Source of the DNA: Antechinus flavipes
Taxonomy: Eukaryota
Length of the DNA stretch: 64,000 bases
Direction of reading: 5' to 3'
NCBI RefSeq assembly: GCF_016432865.1
Contig: NC_067403.1
Coordinates: 245,582,001-245,646,000 of the forward strand
The notes beneath the pieces were generated by a model, which was not told where the DNA came from, made no database searches, and saw only the letters and a list, made by a program, of their open reading frames with translations. Position numbers and translations under genes: made by a program. This document shows positions 24,421 to 36,745 of the stretch, piece after piece; the first letter of the stretch is position 1; each line of letters starts with the position of its first letter.

Positions 24421-27149
24421 CTAAAAATTAATAACAAGTACTTATTAAGCAATGACAAATATCATGTACTGAAACTCTGCAAAGGTTTAGAGTTGTAAAA
24501 AAAGAAAGAAAAAAACTTTGCTCCCAAGGAACGCACAGTCTAAACCTGTCAGTTTATTAGAGTAACTAGATGATTCGAATGCAATGCTAATAGATTAATG
24601 ATGAACAGAAATATAGAATCTTAACATTTTAAAATTGTGTTGAGGTGTTGAATTCAGAAAAAAGAAGTTTATGAATGGATTGATTTACTTCTGAGTGTTT
24701 TTATAAGAACAAAAGAGAAGGTAAAATGAATAATATATTAGAATAAAAAAGGGGATGAAAGGAAGAACTTATTTCTTAAAATTGTAGCATTAAGAATATA
24801 AAAATAACTGAGGAAAAGGAAGAGGTAGTAAGTATCATATGAACCTCATTTCTAAAATGGAGAAAGCAGAATTGAATATACATACATCTGTATCCATAGT
24901 GTATATATATATTTATATATATACTCCTACTTAACAGGAAAACATGGGCAATTGTTATAATCCAAAGTATGCAAAAAGGGCATTGATTTTCTTAGAAATT
25001 TTGAGTTTCCTTCTCAATGGAATTCTTCAAACAAAGCATAGATAATAATTTTTGAGCATGTTGTGGACAGTCTTCTTGTCCATAGGTAGATTGGAATATA
25101 TAACACACATTAGATCACTGTATGGAAAGATTATAATTGTATTCTGTGGTGTACAGGTTCAATTAAATGACTGCTGAGGTCTCCTCTAATGCTCAAATTT
25201 TAAAATTCAGTTCATATCTGTATATCTATATATAGTATACATATTTTACTATTGCTTATCTTTCTATATTTCCTCTTTTCTCTTCTTTCTATTAAAAATA
25301 ATAAAAAGGTGTTTCTGTGGTCTATTTTTTTTTAGCATCACTATTTCAATCAACTCCTCAACTCCCATTGTCCCTAAAGAGTTACAATTTTAAAAGTAAG
25401 AAAAAAGATTTTCTTTTTTGAACAAATTAACATTGTCAAGTAGAACAAATACACATAGTAACTAAGTCTAAAATGAACCTTTATTAATATTATGTCCAGA
25501 CTGTGTAATGTGTCATCATAGGTCCTCTGAATACATGTTTAATATGTTTGTTCATTCACTTGATCAGAGTTTTAAATGTTTATACTATTGTAATTGATCT
25601 AAACTGCCTTCAGGATCCCATAGTGTTTTCCTCGACATTAATATTTATATGTAAAGAGATAATGTAATTACATCTTGACATCCAATAATTCTTATTAGGA
25701 ATTCCCTCACCCCTTGATCTAAATAAATAACTTATTCAAGCTCTTTTTTCTCAATTTCATCAAAGCTAATAAACTAGTCATAAAGCTTGGTCATGTGACT
25801 CAACAATTCCATTCCTTCTGATAAAATAGAGTACCCCAATTCCTTCAGACTATCCTAATTTTAAGACCAAGCCTATAATAACCCAAAGTATTATGTTTAT
25901 GTTATGGATAAAAATCATTTATAAAGAGATTAAATACTTGGCATTGTAGCAAGTAGCACACACTTAGGTTAGTAAGACTGAGTGGTTTCCAATGCTCAAA
26001 AAGTTGCAAATGTTAGAAGGATTTGAACACAGGTCCTCTTGACTCTAAGCCTTACAATGTCCACTCAGCTTCACATCTATATAAGAACCAATTAATCCCC
26101 ATCATCATCAATGATCATCACTATCACTCTCATTGTAATTTATCATAGCTTTGATTATATATTGTATTTTTAAAAATTGTAAAACACTTTATATATTCAT
26201 TATCTCACTTGGTACAATAGCAATGTGAGGTAAGTGCTATTAATATCTTTGTTTTATACTTCAAGGAATGGATGTTAAATGGCTTGTCTAAGGTCACATA
26301 ACTAAAGAGTCAGTATTCATTTTCAGGTGATCCCAATACAAAGTCCCACTGTACACTGTGACATTTTGTTGCCCATCTTCCGCAATAATTTTCATCACTA
26401 CCATGATCTATATCCAAGTACTTATAAAAACCCTCAAATGTCATTGCTATGTCTTGGGCATAAGAGTAAATATCATAGAGATAAAGATCAAGGAAAATTT
26501 CATGTTACATTCAAAAGTGATGTTAAAAACAAAAACAAAAACAAAACTGTAAGGATGGAAAGGGGATATATTCTTCAGGAAAGGATAGCAGATTCTAAGT
26601 TTGAAATGAGGTATGTATTAACCAAAACTTGATGTTCTAGGAAGTCCAGGTAAGATCATTTTTCTTTGTTTCTTCACAGCATCAAAGTTTAGAGAATTCA
26701 TTAAAATATAAAAGCAACTCACTTAGGAAACCATCAAGTTCTGTCATTTAACATAGAAGATTGGGAAACAAGATATGGAATATGACAGAAGACTTTGCTG
26801 TCCAAATCATAAATTTTCACCTAAACTACAATAATATAGGACAATGATATTTTGATGCCCATATATCTTCATTATACATGTCAACATGAAACAACATTGG
26901 ATCTGTTCCCCACCCTTTTTAGGTTCAGCAAAACTAAGTTTCTAGCCATTAATAATTCACAAAAGAATCAGAATTATTTCAAAATAGAGTGGGTTGATTT
27001 TTGGTAATGGGTTAAGTTGTTTGTATGCCACTATGCATCCATATTATAGTGACATTTATTAAAAATGGATCTTTGATAAAAAAAATGGGTAAACTAAGAA
27101 ATTTAGGAATCAAGCATTTATAAAGTTTTAAGTATGTACCACAAATTGA

Positions 27150-27460
27150 ACTAATAATCTCACAAATATTATTTCATTTGATCCTCAAAACAGCTCACAA
27201 CAGAACTGGGTGCCATTGTAATTCCAATTTTAAATTTGGAGAACTAAGACTGACAAAGGTTATGTGATTTGCCCATAGTTGCTTGAAAACAATTTCATTA
27301 GATCCTCATCAAATTCCTGAAAGTTAGATATCCTCATTTTGTATGAGGGAAAAATGGGTAAATGAGAGTTAAATTGCCTGCTAAGAGGCACAGAAATAGA
27401 ACAGATTTGACCTCAGATTTTCCTGACTGCAGGCTTAGCATTCTATATTTTGACCCAGCT
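27150..27460 (-). mobile_element. MIR-type SINE fragments
   Basis: atttgatcctcaaaacagc...aactaagactgacaaaggttatgtgatttgccca and gatttgacctcagattttcctgact. Confidence 0.65.
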
Positions 27461-27699
27461 GTTCCCACTAGAGAATCAGGTATATGGACAATTAAAATAA
27501 ATTGTTTTGTTGACTATAGAACTCTCTCAAATCTTTGTTTGTACTGTTTGTACTGTACTTTGTTTGTTTGTACTTGGTTCAATCAAAATACCTAACGCCA
27601 AAACACAAGCCTGAAACATAGAGATATTTAAATTATGAATAATGTAATTATATAAGCCTATTAACATTGTTGAATCTCTGTGTAATTTTCATGACATGA

Positions 27700-27835
27700 T
27701 CCTATACAATTCATCAAACCTCTCCAGGGACAAGGCTTCGTAGGGAATGAGAAACTATAAAGTCTCTCGTCGCTGGCAGTACCAATAACACGAACAAGTC
27801 ATAGAAGATTCTACCTTCCAGATAGGCAAGTAGCA
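27700..27835 (+). promoter_or_regulatory. Putative OR promoter and 5' non-coding exon (module A, copy 2; for the OR at 28930)
   Basis: TCCAGGGA 27723-27730; TATAAA 27756-27761; donor region TAG/GCAAGT (GC at 27826). Homologous to 45020-45146 and 55057-55193. Confidence 0.65.
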
Positions 27836-28929
27836 ATATTTTTTGCTGTTTGTTAACTTTTCAATGCAGCAGGTATGAAAAATATTAAGCCTAGTCAATT
27901 CAATTAAACAAAGCTGATCCCTATGACTACCATAGGAACGACTGGGGTAATTTAGTGGTGAATTCTTTCAAATTGAAATGGCATAAAATCCTTATAGCAG
28001 AGCCATTACATGAGAACTTCTAAGTGTGAATAATGCTTCACATACTTTTTTACAGAAATCAAATAGCTTTTTTCAAGAAACATGGGTAGTTAATAATTTA
28101 TGGGATCCCAATGATATTTAAGATTAATGTTATGCAAGTGGACATCATCTGAAAAACAAGCATAATATTTTTAAAATTGCTTTTGTGTTTCTGGGAATAA
28201 AAAGCCTAAAATTATAAGACTTGTTCATTTTCATAAGATTGGTAGGAAAAATATTCCCTTCCTCTTTTCCTTCCTTCCTCCCTCCCTCTCTCTCTTTCTT
28301 TGTATCTCTTTTTCTCTCAAGATAAAGAGTCAGTGAGCAGTGACTCCCATCTTTCAGCATAGGTGATCTCCTTCCAATTGATATTTATTAACAATGGCCC
28401 AACAACCAGGAGGCTATAGGACTAACACAGTACTACTTGGAAATGTGGTGGATATAATTTTTTAATTCAAGTCTTTTTAACCTCAGAGTCAACCTGATAC
28501 TTTTTTCACAACAGTTCATGCATAAAATGTCTTCATAGACATTATCCTCCTCCCATATCCCCTTATAATCCTTTGAACCATCAATTAATTAAATATTTCA
28601 ATATTTATTCATACTATCCCTTCCTATAAATTGGGGAGGGGATAAGTACTTTCATGATGGTATTCTTTTTATTTTAAAATAAAATCACATTCACTTAGCT
28701 TTTAGTAACAGGATTATGATAACATATTAAATGATAAGAATTATTTCAATAAGAGTGAATTCACCTAAATTGATAAAATCACACTGTAATTGTGTAGAAA
28801 ATTCCTGCTCATATTAATATATTTTATGTATTACCTGACTACTTATCTATGTACACAGTACTCAAAGAAGATTATTGTTAATAATAATGATTATTATTAT
28901 TCTCAGATCATCTTCCATAGATAGAAGAA

Positions 28930-29862
28930 ATGATCAAGATGAATGAAACTGCAGGGAAGCAGGTGACTGAATTCATTCTCATGGGCATCACAAACCATCC
29001 TGAATATCAGGGTCCTCTCTTTTTTGTATTTTTGGTCAATTACATGATCACAGTGCTGGGAAACCTGGGTATCATTATCCTAACCACTGTGGATTCCCAT
29101 CTTCAAATTCCCATGTACTTTTTTCTCAGGCATCTGGCATTTGTTGATCTTGGCTATTCCACAGCTATTGGACCAAAAATGCTGGTTAGTTTCACAGAGG
29201 AGAAAAATATAATTTCCTATAATGGGTGTGCAATGCAGCTAGTTTTTGTTGGGATATGTATCACAAGTGAAATATTTATCCTATCAGCCATGGCCTATGA
29301 CCGCTATGTGGCAATCTGTAAGCCCCTCCTCTATGTGGTCATCATGTCAAGAAGGGTATGCTGGCTTTTGGTGGTTTTATCATATCTCTATAGCATTATG
29401 GTATGCCTACTGATCACAACAAATATTTTTATATCATCTTTCTGCAAATCAAATGTATTGAGATATTTTTATTGTGACTGTATGCCTCTATTATCCATTA
29501 TATGCTCAGACACAAATGGAATAGAACTAATAATTTTGACTTTTTCTGCAATTAATTTGGTTTCTTCCCTCTTGGTTATCCTTATTTCCTACATGCTCAT
29601 TCTTGTGGCCATCCTCAGGATGAACTCTTCTGAGGGCAGACACAAAGCTTTCTCAACCTGTGGCTCTCATCTCACAGTGGTAGTTGTATTCTATTTGACA
29701 TTACTTTTCATGTACCTGCAGCCTCAATCTAGTCATTCCTTTGACATAGACAAGATGGCCTCTGTGTTTTACACTCTGATCATCCCCATGCTCAATCCTT
29801 TGATCTACAGCTTGAGGAACAAAGAGGTGAAGGGTGCCTTGAAAAGGCTCTTTAAAAAGTGA
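28930..29862 (+). CDS. OR8K-like: Olfactory receptor, family 8 subfamily K-like (310 aa)
   Basis: Full-length ORF with OR motifs, but HFYCD reads YFYCD and FYGT reads FYLT. Acceptor tattctcag ends at 28906, 23 nt before the ATG. Confidence 0.92.
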   Translation: MIKMNETAGKQVTEFILMGITNHPEYQGPLFFVFLVNYMITVLGNLGIIILTTVDSHLQIPMYFFLRHLAFVDLGYSTAIGPKMLVSFTEEKNIISYNGCAMQLVFVGICITSEIFILSAMAYDRYVAICKPLLYVVIMSRRVCWLLVVLSYLYSIMVCLLITTNIFISSFCKSNVLRYFYCDCMPLLSIICSDTNGIELIILTFSAINLVSSLLVILISYMLILVAILRMNSSEGRHKAFSTCGSHLTVVVVFYLTLLFMYLQPQSSHSFDIDKMASVFYTLIIPMLNPLIYSLRNKEVKGALKRLFKK

Positions 29863-30140
29863 TCTAAGCATTCTTTTAATGCCTAATATAGAGTATGATT
29901 TCATTGCATGATAAGAAGCATGTAAATTTCCATTGGATTATTTTGTCAGCTCCCCGTTTATTTTCTCTTCCTTTAGGGAGGAAAAGAAAACTGCACTTCC
30001 CCTAATATGTATTTATAAAATCATTTTTTTATAATTCCTAAACTCCAGAAAAACTTAATTAATTTAATTAGACTATGTAATTGATGAGAACTATTAGAAA
30101 GTTTATTACAACATAACTTTCTTAAAAATATCTATCTCAT

Positions 30141-30515
30141 GATTGGTGACAGTTCCAATGATCTTGTGTTGAAGAGAACCATCTACACCCACAGAGAGGA
30201 CTGTGGGAACTGAATGTGGATCACAACACAACATTCTCATTCCTTTTGATGTTGTTTGCTTGCATTTTGTTTTCTTACTCATTTTCTTTCTTTTTTATCT
30301 GATTCATCTTGTGCAACAAGAGAATTGTATTAATATGTTTACACGTATTGGATTTAACATTTATTTTAACATGTATAACATATCTTGATTGCTTGACATC
30401 TAGGGAAGGGATGAGGGAAAGGAGGGGAAAATTTGGAACATAAGGCCAGGCAAGAGTCAATGTGGAAAAATCATCTGTGCATATGTTTTGAAAATAAAAA
30501 GCTTTAAAAATCAAT
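30141..30515 (+). mobile_element. LINE-1 3' UTR fragment
   Basis: gagaaccatctacacccacagagagg...tggatttaacat...aataaaaagctttaaaaa; same family as 16255 and 58995. Confidence 0.82.
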
Positions 30516-32819
30516 CAACAAACAACTTATTGTCCAAAAAGTTATCTATTTCATTATATATTACAATACTTGACATCTTAACTTTGCCTGATTTTTTTTA
30601 GTGTGGGAAAATCAATTAATGAGCATTTAGAAAATGCTGACACAAGGTACTCTGCATTGGGTCATTAACACTGTTTATTAACATTAGTAACAATAATTAT
30701 TATTGTATTATCTTATAATAAAATAAAAACAATTAATAATAAAAAACATTAACAGTGTTATTAACATGGTCATTAACATTAACACAATGTACTGTATTAA
30801 AGTAAATAAATGTACACAAAAGCCATGCTACCTGGTACAACAGTCAACCTACCTTATTGTTAATATCTCATATTAAGATGTTTATTCTTATTATAATCTC
30901 AACTTCCCTTCTATGACTTACAGATATTGCTTCATCTACCTTGTAAATCAAAATAAGTTGATTCCCTTTACTTTAAAAGAATTATTCATTTTTAAAAGAC
31001 AACTTCCATTTCTTCTCTTATTTTAAGTCTTTGATCTTTCATTCTTGTGCCAGAATGGAAAGAACACTAGGATGGTTAGAATATCCTAAAAATATTAGTG
31101 TAGATATAATTTTTAAGCTGAAAATTAAGATAATCTGTTTTTGTGATAATCCATACAGTTATGGGATCTGAGTTCAAATAATCTGAGTTCTTTTATTACT
31201 TTTGACATATGATATTATGAGTAATAAGTTTATTCTTTAAGGCTCACATATATCTAAGATACTTTTTAGACACCATTACAGTTAAAAATCTTTGTTTCCA
31301 TGAACCTATTCTATGTGTTATCATTATAGTGTCTTCAACCAATACTTATATGTAATATGTTTTTGTCTCCAAAATTATTGTTTCCTTTCTCTGCTGATAT
31401 TGTAATGGAATTTTCTGCACAATGTTACCCAATATTGTACACAATGTTCCAAATGTGTTATACCCAAGACAGAATGAAATAGACTTTCACATCATAAGCC
31501 AAGATTCTATGTCTGTCTTGATTGAGAGTATATCACTTTTCTTAATTAACACATAATATCCCAAGTCATATTCAACTTTAAGAATCCACTACAAATAAAA
31601 CATTTTCTTCAAAAAAAATCTTAACAAAATGATTTTCCAATTTGTCACTTTTGAAACTTTTTTTAAGTCAAAACAAATGTCACTTGAAATGTATTTGAAA
31701 TATATTTTTCAATAAATGCTGACAATAGCCTTTTTTTTAAAGCACTTTTCTTTGGGATAAATGCTGCACACAAATATTACAATGTAGCATTTCCATTGGT
31801 CTTATGAGAAAATGGAATAATTTTATTAATAAAAGTATCATTCCTACAATAATTGAAAATGTCGACTTTTCATAATGACCTTGCTAATTCTCCAGTTTTA
31901 TATCTGTTTCTATTGAACAAAATAGATGGTAACTCCATCCTCCCAAATAACCCATCCCATCTGCCCTCAACCGTGTGATTTAAAACAGATTTAATGAATA
32001 CTCTCTTGTTAGGCTAGGAGATTTATGTGTTTTTTTTACATAACATGACATTTATGGAAATGTTTTGCATGACTTCACATATGACTAATCAATAGGTATT
32101 AGGGGTGGGATAAGGGAGAGAATCTAAAATTCAAAAGTTTAAAAGGCAAATGTAAAAAATACTGTTTTAAGTGTAAAACTTATTACAATGGTAAAGTGGT
32201 TTTATGAAGAGCAATTTTTAAATTTATTTTTGTCTGAATTCTGTTTCCTTTTAAATATATTATTTCACAGCAGTGAAAATAATATTCAAGTGCTTTTATT
32301 ATGCACATTTTAAGATAGGTCTAAGAAGAAAAAAAAGCATGAATAACAGCTGATATTTGTAGATAGAATTGATAAGCACTTACTGAAGCATCACAATAAC
32401 TTTCTGAAGTTGCATTAATAAATATTTTAATATCATTTTAGATGATGAATTTGAGCTTCAAAAATATTAAAGGGGTCTTGAGGTTATTTAGCCTATAAAC
32501 ATTAGGCACAAGTTTGGATCTAAGTCTTCTGGACTTAATGTCCAAGATTAAAAAAAAAAAATCTCTAATATTGGGCATTCTCTCAATTCAGGGAAATCTA
32601 TTTCTAAATGCAATCATCATTATCATAATTTTCATAATCATTTATTATCACCAATCCTCTTTTTTCTTCCTGCACTTCACTTCATGATTTGTATTATCAT
32701 CATCATCATCATCATCATCATTACAATTATCATCTTTGCAACTGTCATAAGCATCATTTTCATTGTCAGCTTTTATAGATTTTCCTACTTATTCTTCTTA
32801 TGGTAGAAACTAGGTATTA

Positions 32820-34060
32820 ATGAACACTCCATACCCTATATCAAGATAAGGTCAAAATGGGTTTATGATTTAGACATAAAGAGTGATATGACATTATAAG
32901 CAAATTAGGAGAACTAGAGACAGGCTACCTCTCAGATCTGTGGAAAAGGAAGGAATTTATGGTCAAAGTAGAGCTAAAGAACATTATGAAATGCAAAATG
33001 AATAATTTTGATTATGTTAAATTAAAAATGTTTTGTGCAAACAAGACCAATGCAGCCAAGATTAGAAAGAAAGCAGAAAATTGGGAAAATGTTTTTACAT
33101 CCAAGGTTGCTGACAAAGGTTTCATTATGTGAAAAAAAATTGACTCAAATTTATAAGAATCAAGCCATTTTCCAAATGACAAGCTATCAAAGGATATGAA
33201 CAGATGATTTTCAAATGAAGAAATTGAAGCAATTTGTAGTTATATGAAAAAATTTCCTAAAGTATTATTGATTAGAAAAATGCAAATGAAGACAACTCTG
33301 AGGTATCATTAAACACCTCTCAGATTAGCTAAGATAACAGGAAAAGATAATGATGAATGTTAGAGGGAATGTGGGAAAATTGAGACACTAATACATTGTT
33401 GGTGGAGTTGTGAACTGATCCAATCATTCTGGAAAGCAAATTGAAAGTATTACCAAAGAGCTATCAAAATGTGCATCTTTGATCTAGCAGTGTTTCTACT
33501 AGCCTTTTATCCCAAAAATATCATAAAGGAGGAAAAGGGAACCACATGTACAGAAATGCTTGTAGTATTTTTTAGTGTCAAGGAACTCAAAACTGAGTAG
33601 ATGCCTATCATTTGGGTAGTAGCTGAACAAGTTATGGTATATGGATGTAATGGAATATTATTGTTCTAAAAAAAATGAACAAGTTGATTTTAGAAAGGCC
33701 TGGAAAGATTTACTCAAATATGATGCTGAGCAAAAACAAGCAAAACCAGTAATACTTTACCCATCATAACAGCAAAATTGTGTGATGATCAACTATGAAG
33801 CACTTAGTTCTTCTTAGTGGTTCAATGATCCAAAGCAATCCCAATTAACTTTGGATAGAAAACATTATGTGCATCCACACTGAGTACTATAGAGACCGAA
33901 TGTAAATGAACACATGCTATGTTCACTTTTTTCCATCTGTTTTATTCTTTCATGGTTTTTCCCTTTTGTTTTAATTATTCACTCCTAATATAATTCATGA
34001 AGAAACATGTATTTTAGAAGAAGATTAATGCACATGGATAACCAGAAAAAGTAAACAATA
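32820..34060 (+). mobile_element. 5'-truncated degraded LINE-1 (ORF2 C-terminus plus 3' UTR)
   Basis: Collinear with the reverse complement of 16830-17800 (ataccctatatcaagataaggtcaaaatggg...ggatatgaacaga...atacattgttggtggagttgtgaac). Confidence 0.9.
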
Positions 34061-34959
34061 AAAAGGGAATATATATAAATAAATATTAGGGAAATTAATA
34101 TTTTCAAAATATTTTTGAATAAGAAAAAAATTGACAAAATTTTATATGCAAAAAGTAATATATTTTTAACGAAATATAACTCCAATTGCCAATTTGGGTA
34201 GGGAAAAATATTTCTAGCCAAATCTCTTTCTTTTTCTCCCCAAATATAAAGCATTCTTGGTGTCCCAAGAAAAAGCTGGTTTTAAAAAAAGCCTAGCATT
34301 TTTGTAGAAAGTAAGGATCACTCAAGTAGACACAAGTATAAATGAGGGCTTATCCTGTTGTTAAGATTATCTCCCCAAGTTTTTGTAGCTGGACATGTGA
34401 CTTGGAGATGAAGGTGATAGGAGAATCTTTGTTTCTGGAATGTTATCAACAGTGCAGTGGGAGGGAAAGTAGAGTATGTGAATTATTTCTTTTTTTCTCC
34501 AAATGGTCAAAATTATCAAAATCATTCACTACTGATCAAAGAATCAAGACATATGATAGCATGAAGAATTTAACTCAATAGTCCACTGTTTACTAAAGCT
34601 AATAATATCAATTATTGGAATGAGAACTGCTTTTGTAGAAGCCCGAAAAGGTGTTTGGATATAAATTAGGTGTATACTAACACCTTAATTTGATATAAAT
34701 TAGATGTAGACTCACATCTTATACAGTGATGGCTTGGTGACATACTGATTAGAGGTAAAACATTGGAGGATTAGAGGTAAAGAACAAACTGTGTGCAATT
34801 CAACCTGAGAATGCTTATAAATTCTGTGATCATGGGGGAAGCATTCTAAGTTCTGTTTCAGTCCTTATTTGTCAAATACCTCCCAAGATTGTTTTGAGGA
34901 TAAAATGAGAAAATAATTGTATATCACTTAATACAGGGCCTCTCACAGAGTATTATTAA

Positions 34960-35100
34960 ATAGCATTATTTAAATGTTAGCTATTATTATTATACCATTA
35001 TGTATTATATTACTAAATAAACATGTTATATTTCATAATAAAGCATGGTGGATTTAGGACCTAAATATAAAAGGCACATCATAAACAACAGCATCATATC

Positions 35101-35145
<45 letters not shown>

Positions 35146-35960
35146 GAAGCAAAATTGGGTACATATCATAAGAATTTCTGTCAACCAAACAATTGCAAAG
35201 AAGCAAGTATTCAGTCATATACACTATGATAGACGTTGTGCATGCAGAAAATAATGAATATAGAAAGGAATGAATGAAGTTTATGGAAGTGATCATGTGT
35301 GCTGGGGGCAAAACCATCTTCAGCCTTCCATCCACTATTCAACATAATCAAATAAATGTCTTATTTCTACTCATAAATGTTAAATGACTGTGTGTAAGAG
35401 AGATACTATTGCTCCAAGGATCCTACAAGTTAATTGGATAGGGATTCAAAAATAATGGACACGTTAGAAAGGTCCAGTAAATATGAATGGATGGATACAA
35501 CATTACTAGATTGATCATTTCAAAAAATGTACATTACATGCTAATACTGTTCTTTCATGTTAATGTATGTATTTTGAAATACGTTGTGGTTATTGATAAA
35601 ATAAAATAAATTCAACTTACAAATTGGAAAGAAAACAATTCTTATTATTGGAAAAAAGATAGATGGACTGCACTTTTTTTTTTTTTTGGTTCTGATGGGA
35701 AATTGATAGGTATCTACATATTGGTGTGTGTTAATTCATTGTTAAGACCCATAAGGAGGAAGCATTATTAAATATATATTTTATGTCAAATTATACGTAA
35801 TGCTTGGCAACCATTCATATCATTATCAGAATTTAATGTTTCCCAATATCACAAGTAAGTCAGCACTTACAATTCCCAAGACTTTTATTCTTTTTGTAAT
35901 CAAACCCTAGGGAAATGATGCTTAAATCACAAGGAAATTCCTTGACTGAAAATGAATTTT
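34960..35960 (+). repeat. Paralogous non-coding block B, copy 1
   Basis: Aligns by eye with 50950-51880 (taaatataaaaggcaca; tagaaaggaatgaatgaa; ttgatcatt; ccc(t/c)a(g/a)ggaaatgatgctt). Includes (CA)n at 35105-35144. All copies follow a MIR-like relic. Confidence 0.85.
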
Positions 35961-36630
35961 GTGTTTAGAGAAAATAAGTTTCTGGAAGTTTTTTTTTTTT
36001 ATTATTATTATTATTTTAAACATGATTTTTTATTGTTAATTAGAAATAATGAAACATAAGCAAAAATCATTAAATTCGTTTTCAAATATTGTCATAGGGA
36101 CAATTGTATGAATACATAAAGTGAAACTAATGACTTTGGGGAGTTTCCACACATTTTTGTTTGTTCTTTTCCATTCCCTATTATATTTCTTTATTTCTAA
36201 GTTATATATAATATTACCTTCTTGTTAAATGTTTTCCATTCAGTATTATTAATAGACATTTATTAAATAATTGTTGTTTTTTGGGAACCAAGATAGGTAC
36301 TAGATATTAGATAATAATAACAAAACTATCTCTGCTCTGAATAAACTTGAATTCTACTGGGAAGAAGTATCCTTAAGGGACAGAAAAGCAAGTTATAGAT
36401 CTCACATGAATATATTAATCAAAAGTATGAGTCAGATATGGAATCCAGATGAGGGATGCATTATAATTTCCCCAAATTCCCCAAGTACAAGGATTTTAAG
36501 TGAGAGAAAACTACTTAGCAGAAATGATATAAATTCCTGTTAAGCTATGGATGAAAGATATGGGACACATGAAAAGACTATCTGAGTCATCCTTTTTCTT
36601 TCACATTACCATAATTTGACTACTTTTTCA

Positions 36631-36634
<4 letters not shown>

Positions 36635-36673
<39 letters not shown>

Positions 36674-36745
36674 GACAAAGACAGGACATATAACACAGAG
36701 AGAAAGAAACAGAGAGACAGAAAGACAGAGAAAGAGAAAGACAGG
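36635..36745. repeat. (CA)n followed by (GA/GACA)n simple repeats
   Basis: Direct reading. Confidence 0.9.
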
